From the IMG/VR virus record IMGVR_UViG_2648501787_000012: a stretch of 14,572 nt of DNA; one strand, given 5' to 3'. This document shows positions 7,129-14,572 of this stretch, piece after piece. The notes under the pieces were generated by a model. It saw only the letters and a list, made by a program, of their open reading frames with translations. It searched no databases and had not been told where the DNA came from. The number at the start of each line of letters is the position of its first letter. Positions within the stretch are counted from its first letter, which is position 1. The translations under genes and the position numbers were made by a program. The DNA comes from a virus (taxonomy: Duplodnaviria > Heunggongvirae > Uroviricota > Caudoviricetes).

Positions 7129-9871
7129 TCTTATCCGTCAGGTTATCAGTGCGTCTGAAAACAACTGGCCTCATGTGCTGGGCTGCCTGAACATAAATGT
7201 CCCTGACTCTCCGCGCCGTCATGCTCCCTGCCCTGCATGTGGGGGCAAAGATCGATTCCGGTTCGATGACAACGGGCGCGGTAGCTTCATCTGTAATCAG
7301 TGCGGCGCTGGTGATGGGCTGGATTTAATTAAACGCGTAAATAACTGCGACACAACAGAGGCGGCGCTGCTTGCCGCTGATGTTCTGGGTATTGATTACC
7401 GGACAACGGAAACACCAGAAGCCACCAGCCAGAAACGGGAACAACTGGAAACCGAGCGCCAGCAACGCGAACAGGAGCGCCTGAAAAGGGCGGAGAAGGA
7501 CGAACAACAAAGACGGGATACGTTTTCCCGTCAGTTTGATGACATGCGCAGAAAGGCTGTAAACGGCAAATCTGATTATCTGGTTGCGAAAGGGGTAGGT
7601 GATTTTACATTCCCCGTGTTGCCCGATGGATCTCTGTTGCTGGCGCTGGTGGATAAATCCGGCGCAGTCACAGCAGCACAGACTATTACCTCACATGGTG
7701 AAAAAAGACTCCTGACAGGTTCAGCAAAGCGGGGGGCATATCACGCCATAAACGCACCAGAAACAACACAGAGCATCTTAATCGCAGAAGGGCTGGCAAC
7801 GGCATTATCTGCCCATTTAATTCGTCCAGAGGCGCTGACAGTGGCGGCGATTGATGCCGGGAACCTGTTATATGTCGCCCAGGTACTGCGGGATAAATTT
7901 CCTTCAGCACAAATCATCATTGCTGCGGATAACGACCACAGCGAAGGAAGACAAAACACGGGGAGAATAGCAGCAGAAAAAGCAGCTTTATCTGTTTCTG
8001 GATGGGTGGCATTACCCCCGACAGGTCACAAAGCAGACTGGAATGATTACCACCAAAAACACGGCATTAAATGCGCCACAGAAGCGTTCAATAAGTCAAT
8101 GTACCAACCACAGGGTAATGGCGTGAAACAGGAGCCACAGACCATTGAGGGAAGCGATTTTAAGGTTATGGATACCGACCCACTGAAACCAAGAATAGAA
8201 AGCCGCGAGGATGGTATTTATTGGGTATCTCCGAGAGCTGACAGCCAGAGTGGAGAAATCATCAATAACGAAAGCTGGTTATGTTCTCCGTTAAGCGTTA
8301 TCGGTACTGGCAGAGACGATAAAGACCAGTATCTCATTCTTCGCTGGCTGTCGTTTGGTTCTGAAACGCCGACAACCGCTGCCATTCCACTGGCTGATAT
8401 TGGTGAACGTGAAGGATGGCGCACACTTAAAGCTGGTGGGGTAAATGTCACGACCAAAAGCAGCCTCAGAGCAATACTGGCAGACTGGCTACAACGCAGT
8501 GGCTCTCGTGAATTGTGGCGTGTTGCTCATGCCACTGGCTGGCAATGCGGAGCGTACATCATGCCTGATGGGGAAATCATCGGAACACCTGAAAATCCTG
8601 TGCTGTTCAGCGGGAGAAGCTCAGCCGCAGCCGGATATACCGTCTCAGGGAGCGCGCAAAGCTGGCGTGATAACGTGGCGCGTCTGGCCTTTGGTAACTA
8701 TTCAATGATGACCGGGATCGGCGCAGCACTGGCAGCACCATTGATTGGGCTGGTGGGCGCTGACGGGTTCGGCATTCATTTCTATGAGCAGTCGAGCGCA
8801 GGTAAGACCACCACGGCAAACGTGGCGAGCAGCTTATACGGCAACCCTGATTTACTGCGGCTGACGTGGTACGGAACCGCGCTGGGGCTGGCAAATGAGG
8901 CCGCCGCCCACAATGACGGACTAATGCCGCTTGATGAAGTTGGTCAGGGCGCTGATCCTGTCAGCGTTTCACAGTCTGCCTATGCGTTATTTAACGGTGT
9001 AGGGAAACTGCAAGGCGCTAAAGATGGTGGAAACCGGGATCTAAAACGCTGGCGTACAGTGGCAATCAGCACCGGAGAAATGGATTTAGAAACATTTATC
9101 GCTACTTCCGGGCGAAAAACCAAAGCCGGGCAACTGGTGCGACTGCTGAATATTCCGTTGAGTAAAGCAGTACGCTTTCACGATTACCAGAACGGAAAAC
9201 AGCACGCAGACGCACTGAAAGACGCTTACCAGCATCACCATGGCGCAGCCGGGCGTGAGTGGATTAAATGGCTGGCAGACCACCAGCAACAGGCTATTAA
9301 AACTGTTCGTGATTGCGAAAGCAGATGGAGAAGCCTGATCCCACCCGATTATGGTGAGCAGGTTCACCGTGTAGCCGCGCGATTTGCCATTCTGGAGGCC
9401 GCATTGTTGTTAGGCGAGGTTGTAACAGGCTGGGATGCTCAGACATGCCGTGATGCGATACAGCACAGCTATAACGCATGGTTGCGCGAGTTCGGCACAG
9501 GTAACAAAGAGCATCAGCAGATTATTGAACAAACGGAGGCATTTCTTAATGCCTATGGGCTTAGCCGTTTTGCACCATTTCCATACAGCCCGGCAGATTT
9601 GCCCATCAAAGATTTAGCCGGATACCGTCAGCGTGGAGAACATGACGAAAGCCCAATGATTTTCTACACATTCCCGGCCACATTTGAAAAGGAGATCGCA
9701 TGTGGTTTCAACGCAAAACAGTTTGCTGAAGTGTTGAAAAAAGCCGGGATGCTAACCCCACCAAACAGCGGTCGTGGATACCAAAGAAAATCACCACGTA
9801 TTCAGGGACGACAAATAAACGTTTATGTACTCAATTACCAGCCAGGAGATTATAACTCATCTGAAGAATGA
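7112..9871 (+). CDS. P4 alpha-type DNA primase/helicase (zinc ribbon + TOPRIM + P-loop NTPase)
   Basis: 919-aa ORF. N-terminal zinc ribbon CPACGGKDRFRFDDNGRGSFICNQCG; TOPRIM signatures ILIAEGLATALS and IIIAADNDHSEGR; Walker A-like FYEQSSAGKTTT in the C-terminal half. Domain order matches phage P4 alpha and related satellite primases. Confidence 0.93.
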   Translation: MMRNIDLIRQVISASENNWPHVLGCLNINVPDSPRRHAPCPACGGKDRFRFDDNGRGSFICNQCGAGDGLDLIKRVNNCDTTEAALLAADVLGIDYRTTETPEATSQKREQLETERQQREQERLKRAEKDEQQRRDTFSRQFDDMRRKAVNGKSDYLVAKGVGDFTFPVLPDGSLLLALVDKSGAVTAAQTITSHGEKRLLTGSAKRGAYHAINAPETTQSILIAEGLATALSAHLIRPEALTVAAIDAGNLLYVAQVLRDKFPSAQIIIAADNDHSEGRQNTGRIAAEKAALSVSGWVALPPTGHKADWNDYHQKHGIKCATEAFNKSMYQPQGNGVKQEPQTIEGSDFKVMDTDPLKPRIESREDGIYWVSPRADSQSGEIINNESWLCSPLSVIGTGRDDKDQYLILRWLSFGSETPTTAAIPLADIGEREGWRTLKAGGVNVTTKSSLRAILADWLQRSGSRELWRVAHATGWQCGAYIMPDGEIIGTPENPVLFSGRSSAAAGYTVSGSAQSWRDNVARLAFGNYSMMTGIGAALAAPLIGLVGADGFGIHFYEQSSAGKTTTANVASSLYGNPDLLRLTWYGTALGLANEAAAHNDGLMPLDEVGQGADPVSVSQSAYALFNGVGKLQGAKDGGNRDLKRWRTVAISTGEMDLETFIATSGRKTKAGQLVRLLNIPLSKAVRFHDYQNGKQHADALKDAYQHHHGAAGREWIKWLADHQQQAIKTVRDCESRWRSLIPPDYGEQVHRVAARFAILEAALLLGEVVTGWDAQTCRDAIQHSYNAWLREFGTGNKEHQQIIEQTEAFLNAYGLSRFAPFPYSPADLPIKDLAGYRQRGEHDESPMIFYTFPATFEKEIACGFNAKQFAEVLKKAGMLTPPNSGRGYQRKSPRIQGRQINVYVLNYQPGDYNSSEE

Positions 9872-9893
9872 GCTTCTTCATGTGCGTAGAAAA

Positions 9894-10010
9894 GGTGTTG
9901 GTTCAGTTGGTTCAGTTGGTTCAATTTGTAAAGAGTATTGTTTTATAAGGATTTTATTCTTTTTATTGAACCAACACTGAACCAACAACACGGTATTTTG
10001 AACCAACACA
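9894..10010. repeat. Iteron array, putative replication origin
   Basis: Three tandem copies of GTTGGTTCA (9897-9905, 9906-9914, 9915-9923), a 43-bp very AT-rich spacer (9924-9966), then three copies of the reverse complement TGAACCAAC (9967-9975, 9978-9986, 9999-10007) spaced 11 and 21 bp. Begins 23 bp after the primase stop. Confidence 0.7.
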
Positions 10011-10100
10011 ATGTGACTGAATTGATGCGCACAACACCTGGCTGGCATCAGAGAGTGTTTTACGAGACTTTCGTAAAATCCTGTGTACAAGGGCGTGACG

Positions 10101-10141
10101 TTTTTGAAAGTGAGCACTACGAAATTTTCGTAGTTCAAAAA
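10101..10141. promoter_or_regulatory. Nested palindrome, possible protein-binding site or cruciform
   Basis: Outer arms TTTTTGAA (10101-10108) / TTCAAAAA (10134-10141); inner arms CTACGAAA (10117-10124) / TTTCGTAG (10126-10133) around one central T; 8-nt asymmetric insert on the left. A further TTTCGTAA half-site lies at 10069-10076. Confidence 0.35.
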
Positions 10142-10329
10142 ACAGCCTCTGAGAAGTTGTTATGCCTGTTCAGCAAACCATCCGCATAGCTGATCGCGAA
10201 TCAAATTACCAATGGAGCCAGAAGCAAGGGCAGAACTGAAAAGCGCCTGCCGTAAAGAGTAATGCGACACCATAAATATAGTTTTTAGAGTCCATAAAAA
10301 ACCTGTCAAAACCTGACACACAGAACGAT

Positions 10330-10360
10330 GCCACCAGCTACTGAGCGGTGGCATTTTTTT
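10330..10360 (+). terminator. Rho-independent terminator at the module boundary
   Basis: Stem GCCACC (10330-10335) / GGTGGC (10347-10352) with an 11-nt loop, followed by ATTTTTTTG. Confidence 0.7.
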
Positions 10361-10392
10361 GTGCTATTTGTTTCATATTTTGCAATTACGAT

Positions 10393-10422
10393 GATGAATA
10401 TTGCGATTTGCGAAACTATAAT
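10393..10422 (+). promoter_or_regulatory. Candidate sigma70 promoter for the downstream operon
   Basis: Perfect -10 TATAAT at 10417-10422 about 35 bp upstream of a strong RBS and ATG (10456); the -35 (around 10393-10399) is poor. AT-rich intergenic context. Confidence 0.3.
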
Positions 10423-10455
10423 AACTGTTGTTTTATACAGTTCTAAGGGGGCGTT

Positions 10456-10617
10456 ATGGCTATTTCAGTAAAGCCGGTATTGATAAGTGAGAAGCAAATG
10501 GAAGCGATAAAGAAAATTCAGGAAGAGCAGCGTAAAAAATCAGGAATTGGAGTAGCGCCAACTCTGCATGAAATTGCACGAGGGTTAATAGATAAGGCGC
10601 TGGCAGGCTGTATGTGA
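10456..10617 (+). CDS. Small hypothetical protein (53 aa), possibly ribbon-helix-helix-like
   Basis: Not in the ORF track (under 60 aa). ATG at 10456 preceded by an excellent SD (TAAGGGGGCG); stop TGA at 10615-10617. The translation (MAISVKPVLISEKQMEAIKKIQEEQRKKSGIGVAPTLHEIARGLIDKALAGCM) loosely fits a strand-helix-helix pattern; weak inference. Confidence 0.45.
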   Translation: MAISVKPVLISEKQMEAIKKIQEEQRKKSGIGVAPTLHEIARGLIDKALAGCM

Positions 10618-10633
10618 AAACGGATGGCACCGC

Positions 10634-11095
10634 ATGGAACTAAAATTTATTGATAACCCGGTGCGATTACAGGCCTTTCTTAACGAGCCTGGCAATACCG
10701 AAAATATTGTTGAGCCGGGGCACACGTACTACATCAAGCCTGATGCGGTATATCTCGGCATCTACGAAGGATTAGTGCTGACAGGCGTTCATGAAGTGCG
10801 TAACTTCTGGCATAGCATTGTTGAATGCCATGCGGTGTACGACCCCGGATTCCGTGGTGAATATGCACTGCAAGGGCATCGATTGTTCTGCAAATGGCTT
10901 CTCGAAAACTCACCATTCCTTAACAGCATCACCATGGTTCCTGACACCACGAAATACGGACGGGCAATTATCCGTTTGCTTGGCGCTACCCGTGTTGGTC
11001 ACCTGGCCGATGCATATATCAGATGTGGTAAACCCGTCGGCGTAACGCTTTATCAGTTAACACGGCAACAATATAAGGAACTCAGCGAATGTTAA
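10634..11095 (+). CDS. Hypothetical phage protein (153 aa), first gene of the ejection-protein-like operon
   Basis: Globular-looking protein with several His/Cys. Its stop overlaps the next start (ATGTTAA). Positionally analogous to P22 gp14, but homology is not established. Confidence 0.75.
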   Translation: MELKFIDNPVRLQAFLNEPGNTENIVEPGHTYYIKPDAVYLGIYEGLVLTGVHEVRNFWHSIVECHAVYDPGFRGEYALQGHRLFCKWLLENSPFLNSITMVPDTTKYGRAIIRLLGATRVGHLADAYIRCGKPVGVTLYQLTRQQYKELSEC

Positions 11096-11766
11096 TTACC
11101 CATATAGCTCATAAACATCTCAATCGTGCCGTATACGAAAAAGGCGGTGATGGTGGTGCCTCTAAAGCCCAGGCGAAGGCCCAGCAGCAGGCAATTGATT
11201 TGCAGCGCGAGCAGTGGAATACGGTGATGAATAATCTCAAGCCGTATGCAGAAGTCGGATTGCCTGCTTTACAACAACTGCAAGGACTGATGACTCTGGA
11301 AGGGCAGAATAAAGCCGCGAATGATTTCTTTGGTTCTGGTTTATATAAAACACAGGCAGATCAGGCCCGTTATCAGAACCTTGTCTCAGCAGAAGCTACC
11401 GGGGGGCTTGGCTCAACAGCTACCAGTAACCAGTTATCTTCCATTGCGCCCATGCTTTATAACAATTGGCTTAGTGGGCAAATGCAAAATTATGGAAACC
11501 TGCTAAATGTCGGGATGAATGCGGCATCAGGGCAGGCAACAGCAGGGCAAAACTACGCCAATAATACCGGACAACTCTTGCAGGGGCTTGGCGCTATTCG
11601 TGCAGGTCAGGCGCAGCAGCCATCCAGTCTTGCGCGTGGTATTGGTGGGGCGGCATCAGGCGCTTTAGCGGGTGCGCAACTTGGTTCCGTTGTTCCGGGT
11701 ATAGGTAATGTCGCCGGGGCTATTGGTGGTGGGCTTATTGGTCTTGTTGGGGGGCTTGGATTCTAA
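11089..11766 (+). CDS. Putative phage DNA ejection/transfer protein (P22 gp7-like by size and composition)
   Basis: 225-aa protein, Q/A/N/G-rich and low complexity, with a glycine-zipper-like hydrophobic C-terminus (GIGGAASGALAGAQLGSVVPGIGNVAGAIGGGLIGLVGGLGF). Coupled to neighbours by overlapping stop/start. Confidence 0.8.
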   Translation: MLITHIAHKHLNRAVYEKGGDGGASKAQAKAQQQAIDLQREQWNTVMNNLKPYAEVGLPALQQLQGLMTLEGQNKAANDFFGSGLYKTQADQARYQNLVSAEATGGLGSTATSNQLSSIAPMLYNNWLSGQMQNYGNLLNVGMNAASGQATAGQNYANNTGQLLQGLGAIRAGQAQQPSSLARGIGGAASGALAGAQLGSVVPGIGNVAGAIGGGLIGLVGGLGF

Positions 11767-13186
11767 TGACGACATGGCAACTTGGCGGGCTGCCTAGCAT
11801 GGCACCGCAAAATGATAATGCTCCTCGTTCTTCCGTTCCTCAGCCTGTGCAGTATCAGCAGCAGCCAAACGTAGGTTTAATGGCGCTACAGGGGCTAAGA
11901 GGCGTTGCTGAGATTAATCAGCAGGCACGTCAACAACAGCGTAAATCAGAGTTTCAGAAAGCATATGCCGGGGCTTTTGAGTCTGGAGACAGAAACAAAA
12001 TGCGCAGTCTTATTTCTGAGTATCCAGAAGAATTTGAAAGCGTTCAGAAAGGGATGGGCTTTATTGATGACGACCAGAGAAATTCTATTGGTCATCTTGC
12101 GACTAGTGCTCAAATCGCATCTTCGCTCGGAACTGGGGCATTTGGAAAATTCATAGCAGATAACGAAGATGAAATGCGTCGCTTGGGAATTTCTCCTGAG
12201 TCTGTTGCCGAAATGCATGTTAATGATCCACAGGGATTCCAGCGGCTTGCTGGTAGTATGGCACTGTTTTCTCTCGGTCATGAGAAGTATTTCAATATCA
12301 AAGATCAAATGGAAGGTCGGGATATTGAGCGAGGCAGGCTGGCAGAGACAATCCGCAGCAATCAGGCTGGCGAAGCACTTCAGGCGAGAGGGCAGGATAT
12401 TAGCCGAGCAAATGCGTTAACGTCAGCATATGCACCAACAGCAGCAATGCAGAATTACAATCAGTACGCTCAAATGTTAAAGGCGGATCCAGAGGGGGCG
12501 GCGGCATTTGCGGCAGCGGCTGGAATTAATACAAACGCCAAAAAATTAATGAGTGTTAGAGAAAACGATGATGGCACTGTCACAAAATACTACACAGACG
12601 GAAGTGAAGAGCAGGGAAAACTAAACCAGCCAATATCTGGAGATGGGTTTCGTCCAATAGCTTTGCCAACAGCCCAAAAGATCATGGAAAAGTCGCCAGA
12701 AGGGGCTAAAAAAGCTGCTGGATTTGCATACAGGGTTAGGGATGCTCTTGATTCAATAGATACACTGAAAGACCAGCTTAGCCCACAGCGAGTGGCGATC
12801 ATTAATAATGCTTTGGGTAATGGGACGCTGGCTAACTTAACGCTCAGCCCAACAGAGCAGCAATACGTTGTTAATGCTAATGACGCAATAATGGCAATAC
12901 TCCGTCAGGAAACAGGGGCAGCTATCGTACCTGCTGAAATGTCAAAATATTATCAAATGTATTTCCCTCAGCCTGGCGACTCCACAAAAACCATTGATAC
13001 CAAGCGCCGGAAGATGGAAAACCAGTTCAATTCGCTGAAAGCTGCTTCTGGTCGAGCTTATGATGCTTTGCGGGTTATTTCAGCAGTTGACAGAGGAACG
13101 TCTTCTTCGTCGCAGACATTGCCGCAATCTGAGCAGGTATCACAGCCAGCAGCCAGCAGTAACTTTTCTTCACTATGGGGTGATTA

Positions 13187-13187
<1 letters not shown>
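11766..13187 (+). CDS. Putative phage DNA ejection/transfer protein (P22 gp20-like by size and order)
   Basis: 473-aa protein, Q/A/S-rich, start overlaps upstream stop (TAATG). Sizes of the coupled genes here (225, 473, 461 aa) parallel the P22 gp7-gp20-gp16 ejection-protein trio as I recall it (about 229, 471, 609 aa). Recollection, not an alignment. Confidence 0.85.

Positions 13188-14572
<1,385 letters not shown>

Noticed and set aside
7325-9617. Multiple short ORFs on both strands inside the primase gene
   Set aside because: All embedded in the 919-aa primase ORF, which carries clear zinc-ribbon, TOPRIM and Walker A motifs.
9897-10007. Possible CRISPR array
   Set aside because: Repeats are only 9 bp, directly tandem without spacers, and present in both orientations; this is an iteron pattern.
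9878-10189. ORFs 9878..10138 (-) and 9938..10189 (+) across the iteron region
   Set aside because: The minus-strand translation contains EPTEPTEPT, simply the iteron repeats read in frame; both are artefacts of the repeat and AT-rich origin region.
10160-10354. Minus-strand ORF ending in the terminator region
   Set aside because: No RBS, junk-like translation, and it overlaps the + strand terminator hairpin.

Overview
The window appears to hold two modules, all on the + strand. Positions 1 to about 10,300 look like a P4-like/PICI-like phage satellite or integrative element: a tyrosine integrase, an AT-rich single-gene cargo slot, an AlpA-type regulator, an AntA-like antirepressor, a candidate CI/C4-type antisense RNA just upstream of an Icd-like gene, a run of translationally coupled small ORFs, a P4 alpha-type primase, and an iteron-type origin directly after the primase. 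A strong intrinsic terminator at 10330-10360 separates this from a second module (10,393 to the end): a small gene followed by four coupled genes whose sizes, order and low-complexity composition resemble P22-type DNA ejection proteins. No rRNA, tRNA, CRISPR array or transposase was recognised. All functional calls come from motifs read by eye and recalled family features; no database search was run. The most interesting points are the anomalously AT-rich unknown gene between int and alpA (candidate novel defence or anti-defence cargo), the antisense-RNA-like element whose loop is complementary to the Icd-like ribosome-binding site, and the ejection-protein-like operon next to a satellite.
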